Shown here: positions 15,390 to 33,747 of the stretch, one piece after another
How the letters are laid out: each line of letters starts with the position of its first letter
Numbering within the stretch: the first letter of the stretch is position 1
Assembly (NCBI RefSeq): GCF_009914755.1
Contig: NC_060931.1
Reading direction: 5' to 3' (one strand)
From: the human T2T-CHM13v2.0 reference genome, Homo sapiens
Length of the DNA: 64,000 bases
Program-made: the position numbers and the translations under genes
Notes under the pieces: model-generated
What the model saw: the letters and a program-made list of their open reading frames with translations, nothing else
What the model was told of the DNA's origin: nothing
Database searches by the model: none

Positions 15390-15868
15390 ACAGCAGCAGT
15401 AGAATACTGCAAATTTAATGGCTTAAAACACACAAAGTTTGTCAGTCAGAAATCTAACTAACCCAGGTCTCACTGAGCTAAAAGCAATGTATTGGCAAGG
15501 CTGCCTTCATTTGTGGAGGCTCTGGGGAAAAATTGGTTTCCTTGCCTTTTCCATCTTCTGGAGGTTGCCTGCATTCCTTGGCTCATGACCCCTTCTTCCA
15601 TCTTTAAAGCCAGCAACTTCACATCTATCTGACCTTTCTTCAGTCATCATATCTCTCTCTGCCTTCAGCTGAGAAAGGGTTTCTGCTATTAAGGGCTCAT
15701 ATAATTAGATTAGACTCACCAGGATAATTTAGGATTAATTTCTCCACCTTATCACCCCTAACTTTAATCACAACTACAAAATCACTTTTGCCATGTAAGG
15801 TAACATATTCACACGTTCCAAGGATTAGGAAGTGGATAGCTTTGGGGACTATTATTCTTCCTACCACA
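15390..15868 (-). mobile_element. MaLR LTR (MLT1D-like)
   Basis: ccatgtaaggtaacatattcac...tttggggactattattcttcctaccaca terminus. Confidence 0.75.
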
Positions 15869-16149
15869 GAAACAAACATGAACAATCAACTATAATAAAT
15901 GACAAGTCTTTGATAAGATTGAAATAGGGTCCTGCAAAATGAAAAAAAAAGCAAAACAAAACGCCTTATAGGCCAAGGACTGGGGAGCAAATCACAGAAC
16001 CAGGGAGAAGAGAATCAGGGTGGAAGAATGTGTAGATTTCACACAGTAAATAGGACAAAAGGCATTCAAGATGTCTTTACTTTGACAAGACAATTTAAGA
16101 AGCCCTTACTTTACAAGACAATAACTTGAGACAATATATATATTTTTAA

Positions 16150-18240
16150 CTTCTACTGCTGACACTCAGTCCAAAGTATCATCATCTCTCATCCAAACTT
16201 TTACAGTAGTTTCCTTACTGGTTTTCATATCCAGTTTTACCTTCTTTCTAATCCATTTTATACACCTCAATCAAAAACAAAACAAAACAACTGGAAAGCA
16301 TATCTGGTCATGCCTCTGCTTGAAACCCTTCAATACTTTTCCATTTCCATTAACATAAAGATCATCATCTTCAATAGGCTCCATAAGGTCTGTATTAGTA
16401 GACTCATACCTATAATTCCTGCCTTACTTCTAACATTCTTCCTCTTTCTTTTCTGATGTGGTTTCCAACAATGACCTTAATTAATTTTTAATGGAGGTAT
16501 ATCTTACATATAATAACATGCACACGTTCTAAGATTTTTACCAATGCCACCCTCATATAAACACCACCCAGAACAAGTTCAAGAACATTTTTATTACCTC
16601 CAAAAAGTTTGCTTCTGCCACTTCCCAGTCGGTGCCACTCCCTCCAGAGGTAACTACCGTTTTACTTTTAACACCGTCAATTATGTTTGCCTGCTCTTGA
16701 ATTTCATTTAAATGGAATCATGCGTGTGTACTGTATTTCTTAATCTGACTTATTTCACCTCATTAAGCATGTTTTTGAGATCTATTTATGCCATTGACAA
16801 TCCGGAGTTTCTTCATTTTTATTATTGTACATTACTCCAGTGTATTAATACACCCTAATTTGTTTATCCGTATACCTACGGATGGATGTTTGGCTTGCTT
16901 ACACTTTGAGGGCTATTATGAATAAAGCTGATCAATTAATTATTATTGTGGTTTAAAAACACATGTAAAACTTACCGTCTTAACCATGTTAAGTGTTCAG
17001 TACAGCAGTGTTTATATGTGTATTGTTGTGCAACAGGTTTCTGGAACTTGATCTTGCAAAATGGAAACCTTGTAGCCATTGACCAGCTCCTTCATCTTCC
17101 CGCCTCATCCTTCCAGCCCCTATCAACCATCATTCTGCTTTCTGTTTCAGAGTTTGACTACTTTAGATACTTCATATAATTGGAACCATGCAACTTTTGT
17201 CTTTTTCTACTGGCTTACTTCACTTAGTGTAATGTCCTTAAGGTTTCTCCATGTGGTAACATATGAAAACATTTCCTTCTTTTTTAAGGCTGAATAATAT
17301 TCCATTGCATGTATATGCCACATTTTCTTTATCCACTCACCCACTGATAGATTCTTGGATTGCTTCCACCTCTTGACTATTGTGAATGAATGCTGCTGTG
17401 AACATGGATGTGCAAATAACTCTTTAAGTTCCTATTTTCAGTTTTTTTGGATGATATATACCCAGAAGTGATATTTCTGGATCATATGGAAATTTTATTT
17501 TTAATTTCTTGAGGAATCTAAATCTCTATGAAATTTTCATACAAGTTTTCTTTTTGTGGTCACAGCACTCAGTTTTTTTGGATAGATAGCTAAGATAGCT
17601 AAAATTAGAATTGCTGGGTTGTAGGGAAGTCATATGTTTTACTTCATAAAAATCTTCCAAACTGTTTTCCAAAGTGGCTGTACCATTTTTCATTCCCACT
17701 AGCAATGAATGACAGTTCCAATTGCATCATAGCCTCACCTACACTTGGTAAAATCAGTCTTTATAATTTTAGCCTTTTATTGTGGGTGTGGAGTGATATT
17801 TCATTGTGGATTCAGTTTTCCTCCAAAAAGCCATACTCATGTCCACATCAGGGCTTCCTTGGCACATGCCTTCTCTTCTGTTTGGAATGTTTATCCTGTC
17901 CTCTACCTTCTTCCACCAACCCTTTATTGGCCTTCCCATTCTTTTCATCATATCCTGTAGATTTCAGATCAAATATCACTTCTTCTTCTTGAAAAATATT
18001 CACCGACCACTAACCCCCAAATTAGATCAGGTCCTCCATGCTTTCTCATGTCTCCCTTACACTTCTGCATTACTCCACAGGACATAAGTGAAAATTAGAT
18101 ACATTTGTGTGCTTATTTGATTCCTTTATGTTTTCTCCTGTAAGCTCCTTATGAATAGAATCTGCATCCCTTTGGCTTAGCATTATTTTTTTAATAGCAG
18201 TATATTACCTGACACAAATTAGGTACTCAAGATCCATTTT
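16150..18240. mobile_element. L2 fragment interrupted by nested minus-strand L1M 3' ends (~16480-17820)
   Basis: L2-like flanks. L1M 3' text such as ttttaaggctgaataatattccattg and ccaaagtggctgtaccatttt. Confidence 0.65.
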
Positions 18241-19280
18241 GGTAGTAAAAGACGAGCAAAAGTTCAGAGAGTATATGAGTGCAAACTTTGGGAAAGGAAA
18301 GGACTCTCGGGGCAGTTGGGGGTGCCACAGAGTTGAGTAAGCTGGCTGGGTAGAAAGGGATCATGGCACAAAATTTAATGGAAGGGAATTAAAATATTTA
18401 TTACCATTCGAATTTGAGTTAATCCTGTTTTCAGTATTAAGCTTTCACAGAGAGAGAGAGAGATAACTTAGGTCTATACATTGAACAGAGAGTGTCATGG
18501 AGGAGGGGCCAGCATACTACTAAAGGGACAGCCAAGAAACCCTTATGGTAATTGTGGTAAAGAAGCCAATTAATCATGGTAGAGGAAATGGAGAGGAAGA
18601 AAACCTAGTGTAGATAAATTGTTGAGAAATAGTGAGTAGTTGGCAATTCATGAAATATCAATGAAATGGGAGAGAAAGAAGTCCAAATTAATAGTCTGGA
18701 TGATAATGCCATTAGCTGAGAGAGAAAAAAGGAAGACGTTGGTTGAAGGTGACTATGTATTGTAGAATTAAGAGGCGAACATGGACAAAAGGAAGCAATA
18801 AGGCAAACTAGGGTTGAGTAATGGTACTGTTAGAAAATCTATGTCAATTCCCCACAAAAACTTGCTGCCAGTTGTATTGTTATGGTAGGTGTGAGTTTGT
18901 GTGTGTGTGTATACATATGTTTGCTTTTGTTGGGCTTTTATTTCTGCACAGCCTTGTGATATGAGGGAATATATTCCCAATCACACATTTAGGTGTAGAA
19001 TTGTTACACAGGAAGTCTGTACTGAGAATATTTCTGGATCTTTATTTTTTTTTAATTCTTTTTCTATTTATTTATTATTATTATACTTTAAGTTTTAGGG
19101 TACATGTGCACAATGTGCAGGTTAGTTACATATGTATACATGTGCCATGCTGGTGCGCTGCACCCACTAATTCGTCATCTAGCATTAGGTATATCTCCCA
19201 ATGCTATCCCTACCCCCCCAACCCCACAACAGACCCCAGAGTGCGATGTTCCCCTTCCTGTGTCCATGTGTTCTCATTGT

Positions 19281-23161
<3,881 letters not shown>

Positions 23162-24168
23162 TTACATTTTGGCATGATTTTGCAGTGGCTGGTACCGGTT
23201 GTTCCTTTCCATGTTTAGCACTTCCTTCAGGAGCTCTTTTAGGGCAGGCCTGGTGGTGACAAAATCTCTCAGCATTTGCTTGTCTGTAAAGTATTTAATT
23301 TCTCCTTCACTTATGAAGCTTAGTTTGGCTGGATATGAAATTCTGGGTTGAAAATTCTTTTCTTTAATATTGACCCCCACTGTCTTCTGGCTTGTAGAGT
23401 TTCTGCCAAGAGATCCGCTCTTAGTCTGATGGGCTTCCCTTTGAGGGTAACCCGACCTTTCTCTCTGGCTGCCCTTAACATTTTTTCCTTCATTTCAACT
23501 TTGGTGAATCTGACAATTATGTGTCTTGGAGTTGCTCTTCTTGAGGAGTATCTTTGTGGCGTTCTCTGTATTTCCTGAATCTGAATGTTGGCCTGCCTTG
23601 CTAGATTGGGGAAGTTCTCCTGGATAATATCCTGCAGAGTGTTTTCCAACTTGATTCCATTCTCCCCGTCACTTTCAGGTACACCAATCAGACGTAGATT
23701 TGGTCTTTTCACATAGTCCCATATTTCTTGGAGGCTTTGCTCATTTCTTCTTATGCTTTTTTCTCTAAACTTCCCTTCTCGCTTCATTTCATTGATTTCA
23801 TCTTCCATTGCTGATACCCTTTCTTCCAGTTGATCGCATCGGCTCCTGAGGCTTCTGCATTCTTCACGTAGTTCTTGAGCCTTGGTTTTCAGCTCCATCA
23901 GCTCCTTTAAGCACTTCTCTGTGTTGGTTATTCTAGTTATACATTCTTCTAAATTTTTTTCAAAGTTTTCAACTTCTTTGCCTTTCGTTTGAATGTCCTC
24001 CCGTAGCTCAGAGTAATTTGATCGTCTGAAGCCTTCTTCTCTCAGCTCATCAAAGTCATTCTCCGTCCAGCTTTGTTCCATTGCTGGTGAGGAACTGAGT
24101 TCCTTTGGAGGAGGAGAGGCACTCTGCGTTTTAGAGTTTCCAGTTTTTCTGCTCTGTTTTTTCCCCAT
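23162..24168 (-). pseudogene. L1 ORF1p, frameshifted near 23370
   Basis: MGKKQSRKTGNSK...; split into ORFs 23320-24168 and 23162-23380. Confidence 0.95.
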
Positions 24169-24399
24169 CTTTGTGGTTTTATCTACTTTTGGTCTTTGAT
24201 GATGGTGATGTACAGATGGGTTTCTGGTGTGGATGTCCTTTCTGTTTGTTAGGACAGACAGACAGGACCCTCAGCTGCAGGTCTGTTGGAGTACCTGGCC
24301 ATGTGAGGTGTCAGTGTGCCCCTGCTGAGGGGTGCCTCCCAGTTAGGCTGCTCGTGGGTCAGGGGTCAGGGACCCACTTGAGGAGGCAGTCTGCCCGTT

Positions 24400-25063
24400 T
24401 TCAGATCTCCAGCTGCGTGCTGGGAGAGCCACTGCTCTCTTCAATGCTGTCAGACAGGGACATTTAAGTCTGCAGAGGTTACTGCTGTCTTTTTGTTTGT
24501 CTGTGCCCTGCCCCCAGAGGTGGAGCCTATAGAGGCAGGCAGGCCTCCTTGAGCTGTGGTGGGCTCCACCCAGTTTGAGCTTCCAGGCTGCTTTGTTTAC
24601 CTAAGCAAGGCTGGGCAATGGCGGGCGCCCCTCCCCCAGCCTGGCTGCCGCCTTGCAGTTTGATCTCAGACTGCTGAGCTAGCAGTCAGCGAGATTCTGT
24701 GGGCGTAGGACCCTCCGAGCCATGTGCGGGATATAATCTCCTGGTGCGCCGTTTTTTAAGCCCGTAGGAAAAGCGCAGTATTTGGGTGGGAGTGACCTGA
24801 TTTTCCAGGTGCCGTCTGTCACCCCTTTGACTAGGAAAGAGAACTCCCTGGCCCCTTGTGCTTCCCAAGTGAGGCAATGTCTCGCCCTGCTTGGGCTCGC
24901 GCATGGAGCGCGCACCCACTGACCTGCGCCCACTGTCTGGCACTCCCTAGTGAGATGAACCCGGTACCTCAGATGGAAATGCAGAAATCACCCGTCTTCT
25001 GCGTTGCCCATGCTGGGAGCTGTAGACCGGAGCTGTTCCTATTCGGCCATCTTGGCTCCTCTC
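24400..25063 (+). promoter_or_regulatory. L1 5'UTR antisense promoter region oriented toward the HDAC9 terminal exon
   Basis: Intact CpG-containing 5'UTR with a YY1-type site (GCCATCTT ~25046-25053). ASP activity is known for L1PA elements but is not shown for this copy. Confidence 0.6.
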
Positions 25064-25352
25064 GATCTTTATTCTTTTGTTGCAAATTCTTATTTTGTTC
25101 TTGATTTAAATTATCATACTTGTAAAGAGCACTGAAATCATTCCAACATATGTATATAAACATTTCAAAAAGTATTTATGGGATGTCTAGTATGTATACA
25201 AAATGGTATAACATTGGAGGGGGGAGATGAAAAAGAAAAATGAATGAGGAAATGAAAGAACATAAAACAAAATTCACAAAATACGAACTAATATATGAAT
25301 TAGTTATATATAAAATCAGTTTGTGAATACTGGAAAGATAAAGAAGTCATCA

Positions 25353-25646
25353 GGCTGGGCGCCGTGGCTCACGCCTGTAATCCCAGTGCTTTGGGAGGCC
25401 AAGGCGGGCAGATCACGAGGTCAGATCTAAACCATCCTGGCTAACACGGTGAAACCCTGTCTCTACTAAAAATACAAAAAATTAGCCAGGTGTGGTGGCA
25501 GGCACCTGTAGTCCCAGCTGCTCAGGAGGCTGAAGCAGGAGAATGGTGTTAACTCAGGAGGCGGAGCTTGCAGTGAGCGGAGATGGTGCCATTGCACTCC
25601 AGCCTGGGTGACAGTGAGAGACTCCGTCTCAAAAGAAAAAAAAAAA
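25353..25646 (+). mobile_element. AluY-like
   Basis: TSD AAAGAAGTCATCA at 25340-25352 and 25647-25659. Confidence 0.93.
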
Positions 25647-27530
25647 AAAGAAGTCATCAGTGAGATAAACAGACTTACTTATGACACATACTTATGAAAG
25701 TCATTTGATTCTCTGTCTTTTACTTTAGCTTTTGTGGCTTACTAAAATTCAAATCTTTGTCCAAACTGATTAGTTATCAAATAAATGCAAATTTGAATAA
25801 CAAGAAGGTATTGTTTTACATATATTAGATGGTAAACATTCAATTAGAATATAAGGTCAATGGAGAATGTGAGTTCTATGAGAGCAGGGATGTTTGTCTA
25901 TTTTGTTCATTGCTATGTTCCTAGTGCCTAGAACAGAACCAGGGCACACAGTACACAGTCAGCAACTTTTTCTAGAATCAATGAAAAATATGAGTAAACT
26001 AAGTATTGCTAGCATGGGTGGAGATGTGGGGCTTTAGAGCCTCACTGCTTTGGGAAGATAAACTATGGCAGCCATGCTGCATACTAATTTAGTACCATTT
26101 TATATACACAAAATATATGACCTGGTAATTTTGCTCTTGGGAATGTATACCAAAGACATTCTCAGCATAAGTCTTTAGAGTACGTATACTAGGAAGTTCA
26201 CTACAGCTTTATTCATGGTGAATAGAGAGTTGGAGTCAAGCCCAGTGTCCATTATTGGGAGAATGAATAGTTAAAATGTGGTGGATGCACTGTATGGAGA
26301 TGCCACGTAGAAGTTACCAGCTTCAAACTAGATAAATATAAGTGCATGACAGATCTAGTAAATACAGTACTGAGTGAGAAAATTATGCACATGTGTATAA
26401 AGTTAAAATTTACATAAAATAAAAATATATACCCACAAAACAATAATACACAGCTTTAAAGAACACTTGCAAACAAAATAATGTAACAGGCATTGTATTG
26501 CTTGCCTTTCAGGAGGAAGAGGAGTAGAAGTAAGAAATAAGAATTAAATTAAATCAGTAAAATGAGAAAATGTTTTACTACGTAACAGTGTTAATATAAA
26601 TTAAACAAATGCTATTTTTAAAACCACAAGAAATAAGATTTAAGAGAGAATACAAGAATTTAATTTAATACTACATCTTGTCTCAAGTGAAATTACTTCC
26701 TTTTTTTTTTACTTTTGTAAATTATCTTATGGCTGTTGGAGTGAATTGATCCTTCTTTAGGATATGAAATCTTTGATTATCAATGACAGAAAACTATCAG
26801 TGTTCACTGTGACATTGACTTGCTGGAGGGAAGCTTATGTCTTTCAATTCGTTAAACCATTATACTAAAATTTATCTTTGCTGGGTTGATTTTATAGTTA
26901 TCTCTGAACTTACTGTCTTCAGCTCCCTGCATGTCTTTCCTTCCCCCAGCTTGTGTCTTTGTTAATCAAGGTGAAGTAGACATGTATCTAGGGATGGCTG
27001 AAGTGGGAAGCCCCCAGATTTTCAGAGCACTGCTTCTCATTCCTCCAAACACAGCCATTAAAGGGTCATCACTCACCAGATATCTTTCTAAATGTTCCAT
27101 AAAGAAATCATCTTTTTTAAAAATGTAGACATATAAAATAGTGACCTAGGGACAGGGATTATATGAAGATAATGCCACCTCTACTGAGAGCTAGGGATAT
27201 GAGAAGAGAGATACTATAAATTGTCCCAATGGCAGATATAAATAATCCAGTTATTTTACAATTGTTTCACACTTCACAGTGTATAAATCATGTTTTCTTA
27301 CATTAACTCGTTTCAATTCTCATAACCGTGAGGGCAAGTAAGGGATTATTATTTCTATTTTAAAGATAAAATTGACAATCTAGAGACACTGACTGACTGA
27401 TTCAAAGTCAAATTTTCGAAAGTAAAACAGCTGGGACTTGAACCCAGAACATCTACCTTGAAATCCAGGATATTTTCCAACTTACTATGCTACTAACACT
27501 TCTATGCTGCAAGACGCTGGGGAGAATTGA

Positions 27531-27854
<324 letters not shown>

Positions 27855-30033
27855 TTAATTATGCATATGTGTAGATGGTTCAATAGAAGGTGGGCAGCTA
27901 TAAGTGGTTTATTCCAAAAAAAAGAGGTCAATATAAAATGATTTCAAAGAGAGGAAAAGGCAGAGAAGCATCTGATGGAAAGCTTTCTATTGTACCTGCA
28001 AGTTGCCCTGTTTCAACCAAAGAGGCTTAATTTTTGGCAGTGAGTGGGTTGCAGTGTAGACAGCCTACTCACATCCTTTAAGCCTAGGTTGGACATGTGG
28101 AGAATTCACAGATCCTCCACCACAGAGACATGTGGATTCCTTACATCTGTGACCTCTGAGACATTTCCCACACGTGACTGTCTCTGGAATTCCAGCCACA
28201 CTGAATCCTGGATTCGGGGGAAAAGATTATCCTGCTGCAGCTTGAGTTAGAAATTGGAAAAATCGGTCTCCATTAGAATATCCAGTTTGAGTTCTATAAC
28301 TGTATTATTCACATATTCTCAGATGTAAATAAGGCTATATATTTATGTATGAATTAGTTTCAAAACTTAAATGTCTTCCTTAATTTAAAATCTTTCTTCT
28401 TTGAATGCTGATTATTTTTGATAGAAAAGACTTTTCTGAAGTATGACTCATTTATCTTATGTACCACCTCTAAACTCTCTCTCACAACCTCCTTATCCCA
28501 GACACTCTAGGACAGGCTATAACTTCTTAAGAAGCAACTTTTTAAATATTCCACACAGACTCTTTTAGAATTTTCTTTTTTGGTAACAATAAATAATGAA
28601 GACTTAATGATTATCATTCTTTATTTTTAAAAGGATGCTTTAAAAATTTTTGATTACCCTCCTATGGTTAAAATCTTTCTTTTAATGTTTTAGATTTGTT
28701 ATACAAATGCTAAGCTACTACTTTATTTGTCAGCACCTTTAGAGATGCATTGAAATCTTGGCTTTTTTTCTTATAAATCTGTAAAATAACATGGCCAAAC
28801 ATTTCATTTGTTTGCATAAACAGCTCTGGTTTAAACATAGCATGTTTTCCTAATATGAAAGTAATTCATTATAGAATCCTGGCAAGTAGGTAAACATTAT
28901 GAAGAAGAAAATGAAAACCACCCCTCTATTATTCCGCTACCTAGAGAGAAGCATCATCCAAATATTTTTTCCTTCTGGTAGCAAAGGCATAACTCTGCAT
29001 TTGTGTGGCAACATGAGTTTATGCATGTTAGACAGCAAAGGGACAAATCTAAAGTATTAAGTAATGTCTCATAGTGTTTATTATTTACAGGTCAATTTTA
29101 CCTCCTTTATTTTTTAACCTTTGCTAATTTTATAAGGAACATCATTTTGTTCATGGTTTACACCTGAAACCAGAGCTTCACAAAAGCGTATTTAAATCAG
29201 CAGTTGCAAAATTAACAAATGGCAGAGCTCAGACGCAAACTCAATTCACCCGGCATCTCATATCCCAGTAATCTTCCCATGACAATCCAACTACCTCATG
29301 TATTTGGATTCCTCCTACAATTTATTCTTTTGAGTAAATTAAAAGTCATTCTAAAAGTTTGCCTTAAAGCACCCTGAAAGGGTTACTAAATTAAGGTTAA
29401 ATCTCAAGTATAAATTTTCAAGCAATTAGTTTTGGTTTTGCCTGCGCAGAATACCCTGCAGATGATGCCGAATAAAAACTATTTACACACTACCATAGTG
29501 CATTTCTTGTAAAAATATTGGGTCTGTAGCAACAATTTGCTAATCAAATTCAGAATTTGATTTGAAATGCCTCCGGCAGGCAGCCAATCCAGTTATGAAA
29601 GAACAGAAGCAAAAACCAGAGCCCTAGTGAGTCTCCTCCAGAAGCTAGCTGGGTCCTTTGCTCTCATTAGCAAACTGGTTCCATAGGAAATCACTGCAGT
29701 TGCTCCTAAAATAAAATATCATAGTTAATTTTTTCAATAAATTATTGAACTGTACTAGACACCAAACATGTACATTTTGGAATCTAGAGTTATAAAATAT
29801 TCTGACATGTTTTAATATAAACAGGAACATTTCCAGTGATTGCTTGGATCGAAAATGTTTTTCCCCTTGACATTTGTTTATACTTCCTAGGAAAGAAATT
29901 CTATTTATGGATAACTGAATAACACAAATAAACATCAGAGAGAGCTGAAAAATCAGCTTTGATTATGCATGAAAATCTACAATGTCATTGTGTACTCTTA
30001 TGCCGTATTCTGATTGCCTGTTTATTTTTACAG

Positions 30034-30073
30034 AACTGCTGGTGAGCCTATGGAAGAGGAGCCAGCCTTGTGA
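30034..30073 (+). CDS. HDAC9: HDAC9 terminal coding exon segment (R)TAGEPMEEEPAL*
   Basis: Acceptor tttatttttacag (AG 30032-30033). Phase matches the upstream exon (AG+A=Arg). Stop TGA at 30071-30073. Resembles HDAC4 EEPMEEEPPL and HDAC5 EEPMEQEPAL. Confidence 0.96.
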
Positions 30074-31373
30074 AGTGCCAAGTCCCCCTCTGATATTTCC
30101 TGTGTGTGACATCATTGTGTATCCCCCCACCCCAGTACCCTCAGACATGTCTTGTCTGCTGCCTGGGTGGCACAGATTCAATGGAACATAAACACTGGGC
30201 ACAAAATTCTGAACAGCAGCTTCACTTGTTCTTTGGATGGACTTGAAAGGGCATTAAAGATTCCTTAAACGTAACCGCTGTGATTCTAGAGTTACAGTAA
30301 ACCACGATTGGAAGAAACTGCTTCCAGCATGCTTTTAATATGCTGGGTGACCCACTCCTAGACACCAAGTTTGAACTAGAAACATTCAGTACAGCACTAG
30401 ATATTGTTAATTTCAGAAGCTATGACAGCCAGTGAAATTTTGGGCAAAACCTGAGACATAGTCATTCCTGACATTCTGATCAGCTTTTTTTGGGGTAATT
30501 TGTTTTTCAAACAGTCTTAACTTGTTTACAAGATTTGCTTTTAGCTATGAACGGATCGTAATTCCACCCAGAATGTAATGTTTCTTGTTTGTTTGTTTTG
30601 TTTTGTTAGGGTTTTTTTCTCAACTTTAACACACAGTTCAACTGTTCCTAGTAAAAGTTCAAGATGGAGGAACTAGCATGAGGCTTTTTTCAGTATCTCG
30701 AAGTCCAAATGCCAAAGGAACCTCACACACTGTTTGTAATGGTGCAATATTTTATATCACTTTTTTTTAAACATCCCCAACATCTTTGTGTTCTCACACA
30801 CAGGCAATTTGCAATGTTGCAATTGTGTTGGAGAATGAAGTCCCCCCACCTCCCAGCCACACACACATCCTTTGTTCTCATGACAGTAGGTCTGAGCAAA
30901 TGTTCCACCAAGCATTTTCAGTGTCTTTGAAAAGCACGTAACTTTTCAAAGGTGGTCTTAATTTGCTGCATATCTATCAAGGACTTATTCACTCACCTTT
31001 CCTTTTCTGCCCTCTATCAATTGATTTCTTCTTACCTTTCATCATTCATTCCTTCCTTTAGAAAAACTGAAGATTACCCATAATCTCCTCTTATTACTTG
31101 AGGGCCTTGACTATTTAGTTTATTTTGTTTACTTTACAGGTTAACACAGTTGTTTTGTCTGATTGCATTTTATTAACTGTGAAGCCGTTGAAATGAATAT
31201 CACTTAAGCAACGTTGCTAAATTTCTATGTGTTTGAAATGTGTTAATGAAGGCACTGCTTATTTGTAGTCACCTTGAACTGACTTAACCTAGAAGCTGTG
31301 CCTTCTTGTGAAAAAAAAAAAACAAAAACAAAAAACAGCCTTTAAACAAGTTTCCTTAGTGTCAAAAGTTAAA

Positions 31374-31379
31374 AATAAA
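31374..31379 (+). terminator. HDAC9: Proximal poly(A) signal (about 1.3-kb UTR isoform)
   Basis: First AATAAA I found after the stop. The A-run just upstream (31311-31335) could also cause internal priming. Confidence 0.55.
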
Positions 31380-33470
31380 GGACATTTATTTCTGAGATAA
31401 AAAGTAACTTACTAAATATAAGTAGGTTATCCTCCTACCTCCTAAAATTCGATTTCAACATATAACTCAAACACCTAAACATATTGAGGTAGAATATCTC
31501 ACAGTATTTAATATCTGACAATGCTTTTGAAAGAGTTGATGTTTCTTTTTATATATTTTTCTAACTCAAAGGATATATTAAAGCCATAAGTGAAGATTGT
31601 CATGCTTTTATTCAGAAATCTGAAAGAAACCTTAATTAAAACAAGGTTTTAGGGAAGGCCATGATATGAAAGATATGGAACAATATGGTTTTAGTTAGAG
31701 AGGACTCTAACCTGTAAATCAAAGATGAAAGATTTCACTCAAGTAGAATTATATAACTCCCTTTGTTATACAGTCAGACCATATTTTTCATGCATTTGGT
31801 TTTTTTAGGATTACCATTTTAATTTTAAAGACTTTTATTACATATACAAAAATGGCTCAATACTTGGTTTAACTTCTTAGAAATTTGAGACACCCTTTGA
31901 AATAGGAAATCTGAAATGGAATGTAACTTAGTATTAGGTAAAAATTGCTTTCATTGCGTAAGGGCAAATTCAGTCTAGATTCATAGTAGTAATCAATTTT
32001 TTATAAATTTTATTTTCATGAGAAATTCATACCAATCATATTTGCTAGCTTATGTTATTTTGCAGTGATTGCTTGAGGATATTTACTTAAAAAAATAGTA
32101 GAGCCAAAGGCTTAACAAAAGACTCTCCCCCATTTTAAAAAGGAAACTCATGTTTTAATTAGAAAAATAATTGTGTAGTTTTAAAATCAACTTCATAATT
32201 ATAAATCTCTGTCATTACTTTTTAGTCCTCCCAGATATTTTTTTAGTTGTTGAATAAGAAAATAAAACAGTGTAATGCAAACATGCTAATTTACTAAAGT
32301 TTCCTACAACAGTTTAGCCACATGTTTATGCCAAGCCATTAATCTGATAAAGCCAAATCACTAGGACATCTCCATGGTTATTTAGATTTAAAACTTGACA
32401 CATTAATGAGTTAATCACACATACTCCCATATGACACCATACCCAATTGGTTGCACTTAGAGTCTTTAAAATACCTGGAGAAGCAAATGAACTGTGGAGA
32501 GGATTATCCACAGCATGTAGTTGTAAGAACAGAATGCCATTGCTTTTTGATTATACCATTACAAGATGGAGCATAGCCCTGAGGGACAGAATGGAGGCTT
32601 TCCGAAAATATCAACACTTCTTTTGAAATAGACCAGCACTTTTTGAAAGGGTAGTTTCACTTGGTATAGTTTTTCTTCACTTACCCGTTTAAATTTTATT
32701 GCTCGCAGTTGTTCTGAATGAGAGGCTAGAAGAGTATTATCAATTTTGCATCTCCTTGTGATACTTACTTTGAAGGAAAATCACATACGCTCTCTCATGG
32801 TCTCATGGTATCTCATACAGGGTGAATAAAAATGATTTTTGATAAATCTACTAGTAAATAATACTAGGAATTTAATAAGCTGTCAAACGTAGGTATAAAA
32901 AGAAGGCTTAAAAATTAATTTTCCCAATTGTATAATTTGGGGCTGTATATTAAACTAAAAAACACAGACAGTTTTATTAAATAGTAACCAAAATGGACTC
33001 AAATAAAACCAGAGGCTATGTTACCATTGCTTAGTAAATGGAAAGAACATTGTGAGATGAACTATCTTTAAATATTGTAACAAGTTTATAACATCAATAG
33101 TGGAGACAGAAGTCAGCTTTGGAGAAAATAGAGATATTTATGAAAAAACTACTACAAATCACATTTCCATTACCAATCCTGGGGATGGAAATATTGCCTT
33201 CAGTTTTTACTCCAGCCCTATACGACACTCTCACTAACCTTTCACTGACAACATCATGGCCTTGAAAGCAGGGATCTCCTCCCACAAAGGCTTCAGAAAT
33301 TACAGGACTGGTCTCTCTTAATAGTTTAGTCCTGCTTTATTTCCAAAGGGCAATTATAAAGCCTCGTGGATTTACTGGGTTTCTTTACAGACTCCATATG
33401 GAAGTAAAATAGAATGATCATTTGGAAAGTCTCCTGGGAAAAAATTCCTCTTCAATCAGCATTTTAAAAC

Positions 33471-33747
<277 letters not shown>

